From positions 42,984 to 106,983 of the forward strand of contig JBOFUV010000131.1 of the NCBI GenBank assembly GCA_051652765.1: DNA of 64,000 bases, written 5' to 3'. A program made the translations under genes and the position numbers. A model generated the notes under the pieces. The model searched no databases. It had not been told where the DNA came from and saw nothing but the letters and a program-made list of their open reading frames with translations. Each line of letters starts with the position of its first letter. Within the stretch, counting starts at the first letter, position 1. Below are positions 1 to 12,227 of the stretch, piece by piece. Origin of the DNA: Microcoleaceae cyanobacterium. Its GTDB lineage: Bacteria > Cyanobacteriota > Cyanobacteriia > Cyanobacteriales > Microcoleaceae.

Positions 1-267
1 GGGGGGTGGGTTTGCGGATCTTTGGCTTTCAGGTCTCCTCCTAAGCTGGAGTTCCTTTCTCTCAGTTGCTGTTGCGGACTACTCACAATTCATGGTGTTG
101 GCATCGTCTATTTTATATTGGGTAACATGAATGCCATGCTGAGCCCAACTGTTCCGCTGACTGAAGCGCTCTACAGATATTCGCTGTATCCCTTCCCTGG
201 GCAGTTTGGGGTTGCTTGTGCTGTGACTGTTTTATCCTATGTGCTGCGAGGTTTGATGTTCTACTAG
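1..267 (+). CDS. bioY: Biotin transporter BioY, C-terminal part (5' truncated by window)
   Basis: Frame 1 is open from base 1: GGWVCGSLAF...LLTIHGVGIVY...YSLYPFPGQFGVACAV..LRGLMFY, resembling cyanobacterial BioY C-termini; sits next to lspA. Confidence 0.7.
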   Translation, partial: GGWVCGSLAFRSPPKLEFLSLSCCCGLLTIHGVGIVYFILGNMNAMLSPTVPLTEALYRYSLYPFPGQFGVACAVTVLSYVLRGLMFY

Positions 268-281
268 CCAAGATTAAGCCT

Positions 282-770
282 TTGAAAAAAAATTCTCTCT
301 TTTGGACTGCTGCTGTCACGAGCTTAATCGTTGATCATCTCACAAAATTTTGGGTGGTACAAACGTTTGAGTTAACTGCTCCACCTGAGACTGTTCCGAT
401 CTGGCCAGGAGTTTTTCATTTCACCTATGTTGTCAATACGGGGGCTGCTTTTAGTCTGTTTCATGGCGGAGTATTTTGGCTGCGCTGGCTTTCCCTAGGA
501 GTGAGTTTATTCTTGCTGGCGATCGCTCTATTTGGCCCCCGATTGAACCGCTTAGAACAGTTAGGATATGGCCTAATTTTAGGGGGTGCTCTGGGAAATG
601 GAATTGATCGCTTTGTTTCTGGTCATGTTGTTGATTTTTTGGACTTTCGCTTGATCCAGTTTCCCGTGTTTAATCTGGCCGATGTCTCAATCAATATTGG
701 GATTTTTTGCTTGTTGATAGTCACATTTAGACAAGACTTCATCCGTCACCCCCCCGAAGAACGGCGCTAA
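282..770 (+). CDS. lspA: Lipoprotein signal peptidase II
   Basis: DHLTK, NTGAAFS, GALGNGIDR, VVDF, FPVFNLAD motifs; likely TTG start at 282 (track starts at 216). Confidence 0.95.
   Translation: MKKNSLFWTAAVTSLIVDHLTKFWVVQTFELTAPPETVPIWPGVFHFTYVVNTGAAFSLFHGGVFWLRWLSLGVSLFLLAIALFGPRLNRLEQLGYGLILGGALGNGIDRFVSGHVVDFLDFRLIQFPVFNLADVSINIGIFCLLIVTFRQDFIRHPPEERR
519..526. repeat. HIP1 octamer GCGATCGC (one example; recurs throughout, e.g. 3603-3610)
   Basis: Many exact GCGATCGC copies across the window; established cyanobacterial signature. Confidence 0.9.
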
Positions 771-865
771 CCGCTTGAAGTTTAGAGCAATCAAGAGAGG
801 TTGTTCCTACAGACTGGCTGCGCTAACGTAGAAGTTATCAGTAATCGTAGTTATCAGCAAAAACG

Positions 866-1192
866 ATGGACAAATTTGCTTCTCCTGCCCTGATCAATCA
901 CCGCCTGAACAGCCCAACAACAACTGTTCTAGGGGAGTTCAGTGAGTTAGAACTGGCTCAAGCTCTAGCGGAAAAACTAGCAATTTCTGAGCGAGACTGG
1001 CATCGACTCAAATCCAACCCTCAGGCAAGAGCAAATGAACTCGCTGCTGCGGCTCTAATTTTTCTGCTCAAAAAGCAACCTGGGGAAGCTCTACCTCGTT
1101 TGGAGCAAGCAGTAGGTTGGCTGAATCACTCTGTCAAAGCTCCTCCTTGCCCAACCCATGGTGTTAAGACTGTTTCTAACGAGAGCGACTAA
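866..1192 (+). CDS. Conserved cyanobacterial hypothetical protein
   Basis: 108-aa ORF with LAQALAEKLAISERDWHRLK and C-terminal PPCPTHG, typical of the small gene convergent with pmgA. Confidence 0.75.
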   Translation: MDKFASPALINHRLNSPTTTVLGEFSELELAQALAEKLAISERDWHRLKSNPQARANELAAAALIFLLKKQPGEALPRLEQAVGWLNHSVKAPPCPTHGVKTVSNESD

Positions 1193-1637
1193 AGCTCTCA
1201 AGGTCTTTACGCAGAGTCAGCTCTGTTCCTCGATAGTTCCATTCAACTCGGTCAAAGACTTGATGTAGGATGTAGAGACCTCGTCCACATTCATGATCAA
1301 CATGGGGCAGATCACTATCCCAAATAGGAAGAGATTCTGAGCGACTTAGGCAACAACATTGGGGAGGTTGGAACCCGCTTCCCTGATCAGAAATAATCCA
1401 CCAGAGTTGATTCTTTAAAACCGAAAATCGAACGACAATCGTTTTATTGGGATCTAGCTCGTTACCATGCTTTGCTGCATTGACCAACGCCTCCTGCAGT
1501 CCAAGCCGTAACTCAGCCTGCCATTGACTCGGGACTTCAGCTAGAAGGAGATCGAGGACAGGACAAAGGTAAAGCGTGGAAGCAAAGCTTACAGTCACCC
1601 AGTTTCGTTTGGCCGGACGCGATGAGACTGCAATCAC
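1176..1637 (-). CDS. pmgA: Anti-sigma-factor-like ATP-binding regulator PmgA
   Basis: SFASTLYLCPVLDLLL, LQEALVNAAKHGN, DQGSGF, GRGLYIL (RsbW-type HATPase fold). Confidence 0.85.
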   Translation of the reverse strand: MIAVSSRPAKRNWVTVSFASTLYLCPVLDLLLAEVPSQWQAELRLGLQEALVNAAKHGNELDPNKTIVVRFSVLKNQLWWIISDQGSGFQPPQCCCLSRSESLPIWDSDLPHVDHECGRGLYILHQVFDRVEWNYRGTELTLRKDLESFSRSR

Positions 1638-1974
1638 TCAGAAAACTCCCTAGCTAACTGATGGACATTGTTCACGTTCTGACGCATAGACTGAACATTC
1701 TCCCATAGCTTTGACTCAGTGGATTTGACTCAGCGAGAACGTCAAACTCGAGTATTCGTTCTTACTTTTAAGGTTACCAAAACCCTCGCTAAAATACATC
1801 CTCTGGAACATGCCGTTTTAGAAATTCTCCTTGAATTTTTGCTCCGCAGGGTGGGAAGAAAGCCCCTAGGATCGGTACAAGGAGCAATTGAAGCGCCAGC
1901 CAGACTGAACTTTGATTCAAAAAATCTGTTACGATGACTCACAGGCTTTACAAGAACTTTACAAAATTCACAAA

Positions 1975-2910
1975 ATGTCCTTAGCTGTAGTAACTGATGC
2001 CAGTTCGGATCTAGGTGAATACTGGCAGTGGCGGGATCAGTTAATTTATTATGTTCATCGCGATGTCCATCTGGGTGCATCCTCATCTCAGCGCGCGGCT
2101 CTGCTGATGGTTCATGGGTTTGGGGCTTCAACAGATCACTGGCGCAAAAATATTCTGGGTTTGCAGGCAGATTTTGAGGTCTGGGCGATTGACTTGGTGG
2201 GGTTTGGACGGTCAGCCAAACCCAGTTGGGACTACAGCGGTGAACTTTGGCGAGATCAACTGCATGACTTTATCACTCAGGTGATTCAGCGCCCTACGGT
2301 TCTGATTGGAAATTCCCTAGGGGGCTACAGTGCCCTGAGTACAGCAGCTTCTGATCCAGAATTAACAGCGGGTTTAATTTTGCTGAATAGTGCTGGGCCT
2401 TTCACTGAACCTCAACCCCAGGCAGAACTATCTCCTGGGCAGAAAACCAGGTTGCAACTCCGGCGATCGCTGTTTCGGCAGAGTTGGGTCAGTTTTTTGA
2501 TTTTTCAATGGACACGGCGACGCTCCCTGATTCGTCGCGTTCTCAAGCAAGTTTATCTCGATCAAAGTGCTGTCACTGAGCAGCTTGTAGAAGAAATCTA
2601 TCGTCCATCTTGTGCTCCTGGGGCGGCTCAAGTTTTTGCCTCAGTGTTCAAATCGCCTTCGGGTGACCCAGTAGATGTTTTGTTGAACCGGCTTCAATGC
2701 CCTCTATTGCTCCTCTGGGGAGAGGGTGACCCGTGGATGGATTGTCGCAGTCGTAGCGTTAAATTTCACCAGCATTATCCCCAACTGACGGAATATTTTC
2801 TGCAAGCGGGCCATTGTCCCCATGATGAAATTCCTAATCAAGTCAACGATTTGATTCGGTCTTGGGTATTGTCTTTGGATCAATTTGCTGAAGCCGAGGT
2901 TAGTCTGTGA
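1975..2910 (+). CDS. Alpha/beta fold hydrolase
   Basis: HGFGAS, DLVGFGRS, GNSLGG nucleophile motif, AGHCPHDE; ATG at 1975 preferred. Confidence 0.9.
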   Translation: MSLAVVTDASSDLGEYWQWRDQLIYYVHRDVHLGASSSQRAALLMVHGFGASTDHWRKNILGLQADFEVWAIDLVGFGRSAKPSWDYSGELWRDQLHDFITQVIQRPTVLIGNSLGGYSALSTAASDPELTAGLILLNSAGPFTEPQPQAELSPGQKTRLQLRRSLFRQSWVSFLIFQWTRRRSLIRRVLKQVYLDQSAVTEQLVEEIYRPSCAPGAAQVFASVFKSPSGDPVDVLLNRLQCPLLLLWGEGDPWMDCRSRSVKFHQHYPQLTEYFLQAGHCPHDEIPNQVNDLIRSWVLSLDQFAEAEVSL

Positions 2911-2934
2911 TCAAGGGAACTCGACGCGGAAGTT

Positions 2935-3291
2935 TTACCAGGAAAATTTGGGATGAATTCTAGGATTGAGCTTCTCCTGAACAAGTTTGCCTTCTTTCAA
3001 ATGCTGCTGAACAATTGTAGGAACATCAGAGGGCTGAACCCATGCATACCAAGTCTCATCCGGCAGTATACGAACACTAGGGCCAATGTTGCATTGCCCC
3101 ATACACCCACTACATTCAACCTCAAAACCTGGATTGATTAGGGCCTGGAAGGCTTTCAGGGTTTCTGCAGCACCGTTCCTCAGACAGGATTGATGTTGAC
3201 AAACTAAAACCCGGTAAACGGTTTCAGATGAAGCAATTTGGCTACTAGCAAGACTGTCAGAAAATGTATTTTCAGAAAGGGTTTCAGGCAT
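2935..3291 (-). CDS. Thioredoxin-like (2Fe-2S) ferredoxin
   Basis: VCQHQSC...CMGQCNIGP...WY motif. Confidence 0.85.
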   Translation of the reverse strand: MPETLSENTFSDSLASSQIASSETVYRVLVCQHQSCLRNGAAETLKAFQALINPGFEVECSGCMGQCNIGPSVRILPDETWYAWVQPSDVPTIVQQHLKEGKLVQEKLNPRIHPKFSW

Positions 3292-3439
3292 CAGGATTGA
3301 GTCAGATCGATGGTTTCTACTCTTTCCATTATGGGCGATGAAAGTTTTGGATCGTTATCTCGAACTCCGCATAATTTAATCGGTTCAAAGCTTTGATCCT
3401 CAAAGCTCTGAACTCTTTTGCATAAGCATCAATTTAAGC

Positions 3440-4354
3440 TTACTGAACAGGTTTGATTTCTAGAAGCCCATCGGCGGTAAATTTTACTTCAAACTGAGTT
3501 GTTTCTTTTCCAGATGCAGTAGTAGTGCCCATTTTTACTAACCCTGGAAGGGGAGTATTATCCAAGTTTTGTTTAGCAACTTCAGACTGAGGCTCAACCT
3601 GAGCGATCGCCCCCTCAGGGGTTACCTGCAAGAGATAAGCAGAGTCTTCTGTCACTGGCGTATTCTTCTTTGTCCACTCCTGATCAAGCTTGTCATAAAC
3701 GGTTTGGCTCAGTTGAGTGACATCAACTGCTGCGGTTGAGGTCTGAGGTTTTGTGGCAGTGTCTGGCATTGGAGTTGAGGTTGATGCTGAAGTGCTGTCA
3801 GTAGAAACTTTTGGGGTTTCTGTACTAGAGGATGATGTTGCCACAGGGGCTGAGGTCTCTGCAGAAATCGGAGTTGCATCAGGGGAAACCGTCGGAGCAG
3901 GAGAAGTGGTTGTTTCTAGTTTGGCCGCTGTCGTTGCTGGGGAGGGGGAGGTCGTTGTGGTTTTGGCTTCCGAGTCCAGAATTGTGGATTCGGTCGTTGC
4001 CGAGGTTGAAGGCGTGAGTTCGGTTGTGGTAGGTGTTGCCGTTATTTCCGGGGTTGCTGCTGCGATTGGCTTAGGAGTTTCAACTGGAACTAGGGTGGTA
4101 GATGCTGGTGTCTCTTGCAGGTCAGGGGATGACGTTACTACGGTTTCCGTTACCGTGGTGGATTCGTTAGCAGTCACAGGGGGCAAGGGATTCAGAGCAA
4201 TAGAGCCCCATAATGTTCCCAAGATAGATGCAGCCAGAGCAACAATTGACGTTGCTTTTAGGGTTGAGGGCATTTCTGAACTTGTGGCTGAATCAACTGA
4301 ATGATCCTGACTCTTAGAGTAGTTAGGGTGCATGTTCAATACCTCGTAGATCAA
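3440..4354 (-). CDS. Hypothetical secreted or membrane-anchored Ser/Thr/Pro-rich protein
   Basis: N-terminal hydrophobic segment, long T/S/P/A-rich linker, globular C-terminal domain. Confidence 0.75.
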   Translation of the reverse strand: MIYEVLNMHPNYSKSQDHSVDSATSSEMPSTLKATSIVALAASILGTLWGSIALNPLPPVTANESTTVTETVVTSSPDLQETPASTTLVPVETPKPIAAATPEITATPTTTELTPSTSATTESTILDSEAKTTTTSPSPATTAAKLETTTSPAPTVSPDATPISAETSAPVATSSSSTETPKVSTDSTSASTSTPMPDTATKPQTSTAAVDVTQLSQTVYDKLDQEWTKKNTPVTEDSAYLLQVTPEGAIAQVEPQSEVAKQNLDNTPLPGLVKMGTTTASGKETTQFEVKFTADGLLEIKPVQ

Positions 4355-4534
4355 AACATTTGGAGTTGAAAAATATTGTTACACAATTCCAAATTTTCCT
4401 GCGTTTTTCAAGGACAAAAGACCACCTAATTCAGCGTTCAAAGGAATGACTTAGATGGGATATTCTGAGCGAACTCTCTTTTCAAATTCAGATCAAATTC
4501 AGAATATCCTAATACACTAAAACCCTTAAATTTA

Positions 4535-4550
4535 TGTATTCATAACTACA
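4535..4550. promoter_or_regulatory. NtcA-type binding site TGTA-N8-TACA
   Basis: tGTAttcataacTACa is a perfect consensus; a minus-strand TAGGAT (-10-like) lies at 4511-4506 toward ORF 3440-4354. Confidence 0.55.
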
Positions 4551-4693
4551 CTTAAGATCGCCAATTTAAGAAAGATGATGTTGCCCTTGTGACACTAGTG
4601 ATTTGTCTGGACAAACTTCACAGGTTGGGGTGACAGTTTTCTTCTTCTGCCTAGCAGTACAAAATGAAATCTAATCAGCCTCAACCCTAAACT

Positions 4694-5659
<966 letters not shown>

Positions 5660-5799
5660 CTAAAACTCAATTAAAACGTTCTCCTATTGTAGGAATCTTA
5701 CACGAATCTAGCTATTCTAACGTTTAACTATTCTTACAATGTTTTTACAATGTAAACTTTTGCTGTTTCAGGAGTCGCCCAATCTATCTAAATCGTCTC

Positions 5800-8700
5800 T
5801 CAAGGATTTTTGTAACAAGCATTTTTGTAAATCACTTCAGCTTCTATGCCTAAAGTTTTAAAACGTTGTGTAACAGCTTCACTATCTTCAACCCAAAGTT
5901 GAGGATTATCACTGTAGAGACGAACCGTTTGTTGATGATTTTGACCTAGAACCAAGACTTCGATTGGGACTTTAACTGCATGGGGATTGCCCGAGTATTC
6001 GGTCAGAACAGCCTTCAGATCATTCAACATTTGAGCTTCCTTTAAAATTGTTTTAGGGAATACTTTAAGCCTGACGACTGGCTGAGAAAATGATTGAATA
6101 GAACGATCAGATATCTGAGAGGTTACTTCTGGCTGAAGCGCAACTGTTGATGATTGAACCAACTCAAACTTAGATAGTTCAGATGTTAATAACTCAGGTT
6201 TAACTGACTCAACTGTTTCAACAATCAGTTGAATCTTATCTTCATCCCGACTATCAGAGCAATCGGCTCGACCTGTGATTAGAACAACTTCGCCTTCCTT
6301 CAGTTGATTTTGAATCGCTTGATAAGTTCGCGGAAAAACGACTGCTTCAACTTGTTGCGTTAAGTCTTCTACCTGTAAAAAAGCCATCGGATCACCCTTT
6401 TTTGTAACGTGAAACTTGACCGTTGTCAGCATTACAATTGCCTTGATCATAGACTTGCTTTTCTGTTCTGAGATCTCAGATAAAGTGATCACATCTGGAT
6501 CTGAATTTGCGGCAACAATTGTTTTTAAAGGGTGATCTGAAACATAAAATCCTAGCAATTCTTTCTCAAATTGTAACTTTTCTTGGGTTGGAAAATCTTC
6601 AACTTTGGGGGCAGGAGGAGCATCCTCATGGGATTGACTGGTCAACGAAGTTTCACCCAGAAGATCAAAAATACTGCCTTGACCAATCGCTCGATCTTTG
6701 GCCTTATTTTGCGCCCAAGCCGTTAACTTTTCTAGATGCTGAATCGATTGTTTGCGATTTGGATTTAGACTGCTCAGTGCACCACATTTCACTAAAGATT
6801 CTAAAGCACGACTATTCACAATCTGTAGACTAACGCGATCGCAAAAATCTGCTAAATCCTTAAATTTTCCACCCTCATGACGAGCAGACAAAATATTCTC
6901 AATTGCCCCCTCTCCAACATTTTTAATTGCAGAAAGACCAAAAATAATTTTGCCATCTGTTGGCGTAAAATCAAACCCCGATTGATTGACATCTGGCGGG
7001 ACAACATTGATCTTTAGTCTCCGTTGACAAGAATCAATATATTTCTGAATTTTATCAGTAGTGCCACTGTTTTCTGTGAGTAAAGCCGCCATGTACTCAA
7101 CAGGATAGTTTGCCTTTAAATATGCCGTAATATAAGTTACATAGCCATAGGCAGTCGAGTGAGATTTGTTAAAACAATACTCTGCAAACTTAACCATCTT
7201 GTCGAACAAACTTTTGGCAATCTTTTGATCAATTCCATTTTCACTTGTCCGAGCAATAAAAGTTTCCTGGTGCTTTTCCATCTCTGAGACTTTCTTCTTT
7301 CCCATAGCTCGACGGAGTAAATCTGCTTCGCCCAGGGAATAATTTGCCAAGTCCTGAGCGACTCTCATAATCTGCTCTTGATAGACTAAAATTCCGTAGG
7401 TTTCTTGAAGAATGGGTTCCAACAAAGGATGCTCGTATTCAATCGGTTCTCGGCCATGTTTGCGATTAATAAAATCAGGAATCAAACCTGCATCAAGCGG
7501 CCCTGGTCGATAGAGGGCTAGAATCGACGATAAATCTTCAATACTAGACGGCTTCAGATCCCTAACAATTTGTCGCATTCCTGAGGATTCAAGCTGAAAG
7601 ATGCCTTCTAAATCTCCTTTAGCCAGAAGATGATAGGTTTTTTGAATATCTTCGGGCAGTTTTTTTGCTGTACCACGGGCTAAAATTTCCATGGTTTTCC
7701 GTTCAGAGGCTGGAAGTTCATAGGGGTCAATCGTCAGGCTATAATTCTGCTGAATATAACCGAGCGATCGCTGGATTGTTGTTAAATTCTTCAGCCCTAG
7801 GAAATCCATTTTCAACAATCCAATGGCCTCAATATCTTCCATAAAATATTGAGTAATCACGGCCCCGTCATTATTTCTTTGGAGTGGAACAATTTCATCC
7901 AAAGCCTCCTTGGAAATTACAACTCCAGCTGCATGAACCCCAAAGGTTTTATTAGTACCTTCAATCCGAATTGCCATGTCTAGCCATTGTCGCACTGGAA
8001 TTGTATTGATCTCTTCTCCAGCATCATTCTTAATTGGAACGTGTTCTTGTTCATAAGCCGTTTTAAATTCTAATGAAGGCGTTTCATCAGAAATCATGAC
8101 CTTAAGCTTTGCAGGTTTTCCACGGGATACCGGAATTAACTTTGCCATTTGATCCGATTTACTATACGGAATTCCCAGAACTCGCGCCACATCTCTTAAC
8201 ACCGCCTTGGATGTCATCCGATTGAAGGTAATAATTTGAGAGACCTTATCCTTGCCGTATTTGTCTGTAACATATTGAATCATTTCATCCCGCCGTTCAA
8301 TACAAAAGTCCGTATCAATATCCGGCATTGACTTTCGTTCTGGATTTAAAAATCGCTCAAATAACAAGCCATGATGAACGGGATCAATATTTGTAATTTC
8401 TAGTGCATAAGCGACCAGAGAACCTGCTGCCGAACCTCGGCCAGGGCCAACTGGAATATCATGATCTCTGGCATATTTGATATAGTCCCAAACCACCAGA
8501 AAATAGGTTGAAAATCCCATTTTCTGCATCATTTTTAGTTCGTAGTCTAAGCGCTCTCGATAAACAGAACTGACTTCAGTCCGATTGTCTGCTTTTAATC
8601 GTTCTAGGAGTCCTTGCCAAGCGACTTCTTCTAAGTAGGTATCGGGAGTATAATTGGCAGGCAGTGGATAATCTGGGATGCGGGGTTCCCCTAAAATTCC

Positions 8701-9546
8701 AGTATAGTCCTCAACTTTTTCAGCAACGGTTACTGTGTTGGCGATCGCGGTTTTGATCACATCTTCTGGTAGATGATCTTGGAACAATTGAGCCATTTCT
8801 TCAGCAGATTTTAAATATTCTGTACCGCTATAGCGCATTCGTCGCTCATCTACAATTAATTTTTGCGTGTTGATACACAACAAAGCATCGTGAGCTTCAA
8901 CGTCATTGCAGGAGATAAAATGAGAGTCATTAGTGGCAATAATTTCAATGTCAAATTCCCGCGCAATTTTTACGAGTTCAACATTCACTAAACGGTCTTC
9001 AAGAGAGCCATGATCTTGAACTTCAAGATAGTAGTCTTCTTCAAAAATTTGCTTGTACCATTGAGCAATGGTTCGAGCTACATCATATCTGCCTTGCAAA
9101 ATAGCTTGAGGAATTTCTCCTCCCAGACAGGCACTCGTGACAATTAAGCCTTCATGATATTGTTCTAACAGTTCTTTGTTAATACAAGGACGAGCAAAAA
9201 TTCCCTTTCCTTGAAATCCTTGAAGATGGGAAATCGTCGTGAGTTTAACCAGATTTTTATAACCTTGAGTATTTTTAGCCAAGACAACCTGATGGTATTT
9301 TTTTCGTCGAGTTTCTTGCTTTTCAAGTTCCCCATTGACTACATACATTTCATTCCCAATAATGGGTTTAATTCCTTTGTTTTGACAGAGTTTAATCAAC
9401 TCGACTGCCCCGTACATTACCCCGTGATCGGTAACAGCGATTGCTGTCATTTCTAACTCTAATGCTCGATCAATCAATTGGGGTAATTGAGACGCTCCAT
9501 CCAGCAAGCTATAATCACTATGAATATGTAACCCAACAAAAGACAT
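5800..9546 (-). CDS. dnaE: DNA polymerase III alpha subunit, continuous and intein-free
   Basis: [14 protein letters not shown] domain, [31 protein letters not shown] fold. Confidence 0.97.
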   Translation of the reverse strand: MSFVGLHIHSDYSLLDGASQLPQLIDRALELEMTAIAVTDHGVMYGAVELIKLCQNKGIKPIIGNEMYVVNGELEKQETRRKKYHQVVLAKNTQGYKNLVKLTTISHLQGFQGKGIFARPCINKELLEQYHEGLIVTSACLGGEIPQAILQGRYDVARTIAQWYKQIFEEDYYLEVQDHGSLEDRLVNVELVKIAREFDIEIIATNDSHFISCNDVEAHDALLCINTQKLIVDERRMRYSGTEYLKSAEEMAQLFQDHLPEDVIKTAIANTVTVAEKVEDYTGILGEPRIPDYPLPANYTPDTYLEEVAWQGLLERLKADNRTEVSSVYRERLDYELKMMQKMGFSTYFLVVWDYIKYARDHDIPVGPGRGSAAGSLVAYALEITNIDPVHHGLLFERFLNPERKSMPDIDTDFCIERRDEMIQYVTDKYGKDKVSQIITFNRMTSKAVLRDVARVLGIPYSKSDQMAKLIPVSRGKPAKLKVMISDETPSLEFKTAYEQEHVPIKNDAGEEINTIPVRQWLDMAIRIEGTNKTFGVHAAGVVISKEALDEIVPLQRNNDGAVITQYFMEDIEAIGLLKMDFLGLKNLTTIQRSLGYIQQNYSLTIDPYELPASERKTMEILARGTAKKLPEDIQKTYHLLAKGDLEGIFQLESSGMRQIVRDLKPSSIEDLSSILALYRPGPLDAGLIPDFINRKHGREPIEYEHPLLEPILQETYGILVYQEQIMRVAQDLANYSLGEADLLRRAMGKKKVSEMEKHQETFIARTSENGIDQKIAKSLFDKMVKFAEYCFNKSHSTAYGYVTYITAYLKANYPVEYMAALLTENSGTTDKIQKYIDSCQRRLKINVVPPDVNQSGFDFTPTDGKIIFGLSAIKNVGEGAIENILSARHEGGKFKDLADFCDRVSLQIVNSRALESLVKCGALSSLNPNRKQSIQHLEKLTAWAQNKAKDRAIGQGSIFDLLGETSLTSQSHEDAPPAPKVEDFPTQEKLQFEKELLGFYVSDHPLKTIVAANSDPDVITLSEISEQKSKSMIKAIVMLTTVKFHVTKKGDPMAFLQVEDLTQQVEAVVFPRTYQAIQNQLKEGEVVLITGRADCSDSRDEDKIQLIVETVESVKPELLTSELSKFELVQSSTVALQPEVTSQISDRSIQSFSQPVVRLKVFPKTILKEAQMLNDLKAVLTEYSGNPHAVKVPIEVLVLGQNHQQTVRLYSDNPQLWVEDSEAVTQRFKTLGIEAEVIYKNACYKNP

Positions 9547-9571
9547 AGATTTAAGTAGTCAAATAAATAAG

Positions 9572-11350
9572 ATGATTGATTTTCGTAATCTTAACACTAT
9601 CTGGACTTCTATTTTAGTTGAAACGCTACATTGTCTGGGGTTAAAAACAGCAATTCTTTGTCCAGGTTCACGGTCTGGCCCGTTAACAGTTGCCTTTGCT
9701 CAACACCCTGAAATCGAGTCAATTCCTATCTTAGATGAGCGTTCTGCTGCGTTTTTTGCCCTAGGAACAGCTCGAAAATCTGGCCTACCTACGGTTTTAG
9801 TCTGTACATCCGGAACAGCAGGAGCTAATTTCTATCCTGCGGTCATTGAAGCTAAAGAAAGTTGTATACCTCTGATTATTTTAACAGCCGATCGCCCCCC
9901 TGAACTGAGAAACTGTCATGCTGGACAAACCGTAGATCAAGTAAAGTTATATGGCCATTATCCCAATTGGCAAATGGAGTTGAGATTACCTGCAATTGAG
10001 TTCAAAGCATTATCCTATCTTCGACAGATGATCATCTATAGTTGGGAGCGATCACTAATCCCTATTCCCGGCGTTGTTCATCTCAATCTTCCCTTTGATA
10101 TCCCTTTAGATCCGATCTCAAAACTAGAGGCTAATGCCCTAGAAAATCAGTTTCCAACTGATTTTTTTATAACTGTAAAACAGGGAAAAAACATCCGTTC
10201 AGTCTTGGATTTGGAACCTCCTCTTACCTCTTATTTAAGTCATTGGCAGTCTTATGATCGTGGTATTTTAATTGCGGGAGTAGCCCAACCCAATTGTCCT
10301 CAAGTTTATGCTCAAGCTGTTATGCAATTGGCTCGTTTTTTGAATTGGCCAATCTTAGCTGAAGGGCTATCTCCTGTGCGGAATTATCATCATCTTTACG
10401 AACCGATCATTTCAACCTATGATTTGATTTTACGTAATCCTCAATTAGCAGAATCCCTATCCCCTCAAGTTGTGATTCAAGTGGGGGAATTGCCCACAAG
10501 CAAACTGTTGCGTACTTGGCTTGAAGAGACTGCCGTTGAGACTTTTATTTTGGATTCAACCTATCAAAATCTAGACCCATTACATCGTCCAACATTACAT
10601 TTGCGAATCTCGATAGAACAGCTTCTAGAAGTTTTGTTATCAGAGAACTTCTTAACCTCAGATCCAGCAAAGCCGTCTACTTATTTAAACCAATGGTTGA
10701 ATGTAGAAATTCAAGCTAGAGCCTTGATCAACGAGGGGATGAAAACCTTAGATGAACTAATAGAGCCTAAGGTTTCCTGGCTACTTCCTCAAGTTTTGCC
10801 GATGAAGACTCCCATTTTTATTTCGAATAGTATGCCTGTTCGGGATGTTGAATTCTTTTGGCAGCCTAATTCTAGTCAAATTCAACCCTTTTTTAACCGG
10901 GGGGCAAATGGAATTGATGGAACTTTATCAACTGCATTAGGCATTGCTCATCGGAATCAAAGTAGTGTTTTGCTGACGGGAGACCTGGCCCTTTTACATG
11001 ACATTAATGGGTTTTTATTCCACAATCAACTTCGAGGACATTTAACAATTTTATTAATTAATAATCAAGGCGGTGGGATTTTTGAAATGCTACCGATTGC
11101 TAGATTTGATCCCCCATTTGAAAAGTTTTTTGCCACTCCTCAAGCGATTAATTTTGCTCAACTGTGTACCGCTTATCCAGTTGCTTATCAGATGATTTCA
11201 TCTTGGTCAGAACTAGAAAGGGCTCTGAGTCCTTTACCTCAGTCTGGAATCCGAGTTCTGGAAATTTGCACGAATCGGAAATCAGACGCATTATGGCGAT
11301 TGCAATTATTTAATCGGTTCAGCGTCGAAGACCTGAATTTAGGGCTTTAA
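9572..11350 (+). CDS. menD: SEPHCHC synthase
   Basis: CPGSRSGPL, DERSAAFFALG, TSGTAGAN, NRGANGIDG, GDLALLHD. Confidence 0.96.
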   Translation: MIDFRNLNTIWTSILVETLHCLGLKTAILCPGSRSGPLTVAFAQHPEIESIPILDERSAAFFALGTARKSGLPTVLVCTSGTAGANFYPAVIEAKESCIPLIILTADRPPELRNCHAGQTVDQVKLYGHYPNWQMELRLPAIEFKALSYLRQMIIYSWERSLIPIPGVVHLNLPFDIPLDPISKLEANALENQFPTDFFITVKQGKNIRSVLDLEPPLTSYLSHWQSYDRGILIAGVAQPNCPQVYAQAVMQLARFLNWPILAEGLSPVRNYHHLYEPIISTYDLILRNPQLAESLSPQVVIQVGELPTSKLLRTWLEETAVETFILDSTYQNLDPLHRPTLHLRISIEQLLEVLLSENFLTSDPAKPSTYLNQWLNVEIQARALINEGMKTLDELIEPKVSWLLPQVLPMKTPIFISNSMPVRDVEFFWQPNSSQIQPFFNRGANGIDGTLSTALGIAHRNQSSVLLTGDLALLHDINGFLFHNQLRGHLTILLINNQGGGIFEMLPIARFDPPFEKFFATPQAINFAQLCTAYPVAYQMISSWSELERALSPLPQSGIRVLEICTNRKSDALWRLQLFNRFSVEDLNLGL

Positions 11351-11652
11351 ACAGGAGCTTGAGCCAGTAAAGCATCTAGATTTCCGGCTGTATTCAGGTG
11401 ATGGAGATCGTCACAGCCACCGATGTGTTGATTGTTGATAAAGATTTGTGGGACTGAACGACGACCATTCGCCCGCTCTGACATTTTAATCCGGGCGGCT
11501 CCGTCGCCGTCAATTTTGTATTCAGTGTATTGAACTCCTTTCCACCACAGGAGTAACTTTGCTCGAATGCAATAGGGGCAGGTTTGCCAGGTATAAATTT
11601 CGACGTTAGCTTTAACCTGATCCGAACGATGCTTAAAAAAGGCGTTTAGCAT
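11347..11652 (-). CDS. grxC: Glutaredoxin 3
   Basis: CPYC active site, SVPQIFI, IGGCDDL. Confidence 0.92.
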   Translation of the reverse strand: MLNAFFKHRSDQVKANVEIYTWQTCPYCIRAKLLLWWKGVQYTEYKIDGDGAARIKMSERANGRRSVPQIFINNQHIGGCDDLHHLNTAGNLDALLAQAPV

Positions 11653-11689
11653 TGGAGTAGAACCTCTCTAAAAAGCAGTTGACTGAAAG

Positions 11690-11944
11690 CTAATAGCTAT
11701 TAACACTCAACCGTCTAGTTCCTGGCTTAACTCGATTGCCCCGACGGAAGTCTTTTAACATGACTGCGTAATAGTAGCCCACGAAGCACAGGTTAATGCC
11801 AAAGAAAACGGCAGTGAGCAAAAATCTCAACACAGAGGCGATACCAAAGTCTGAGAACAGGGCAAACATTGAAAAGACGACTGAACACAGGCCAAACCCA
11901 GAGGCAAAAGAGCTGAGAACTAGAAGACGAATTTTAGACATCAC
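11690..11944 (-). CDS. Small two-TM hypothetical membrane protein
   Basis: 84-aa ORF with two hydrophobic segments, co-oriented with neighbours. Confidence 0.55.
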   Translation of the reverse strand: MMSKIRLLVLSSFASGFGLCSVVFSMFALFSDFGIASVLRFLLTAVFFGINLCFVGYYYAVMLKDFRRGNRVKPGTRRLSVNSY

Positions 11945-12227
11945 TGAACTAGAGAATTACTTAACGGTATATCTGACGGTTGTCTGCTGAACTTGGTTAA
12001 GGAACAGAACTGCTGTCATCTCTCAGAGGTTGAACAGTATAGTTCTATCTAAAAGCAAGCCATGGCTCAACTTCTTCAAGATCATTGACTCTGTCAATCA
12101 GAGTTTTAACTTCGTATTTTATCTGTATTTTAGCGATGTTTTAACGATGTTTTAAAGACCTCAAGTCAATTTCTCCAATTGGCTGAGGCGGGCGTTTGCC
12201 CGCATTGCCTTTTAACAGCTCACTGAT

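Noticed and set aside
1719..2131. ORFs 1719-1937 (+) and 1742-2131 (-)
   Set aside because: No motifs; they overlap the divergent promoter region and the hydrolase gene
3753..4304. 183-aa Val/Gly-rich ORF on the plus strand
   Set aside because: Antisense shadow of the Thr/Pro-rich gene 3440-4354
5733..5751. HLR1/RpaB-like direct repeat (cttacaat...tttacaat) upstream of por
   Set aside because: Spacing is 3 nt rather than the canonical 2; too weak to call
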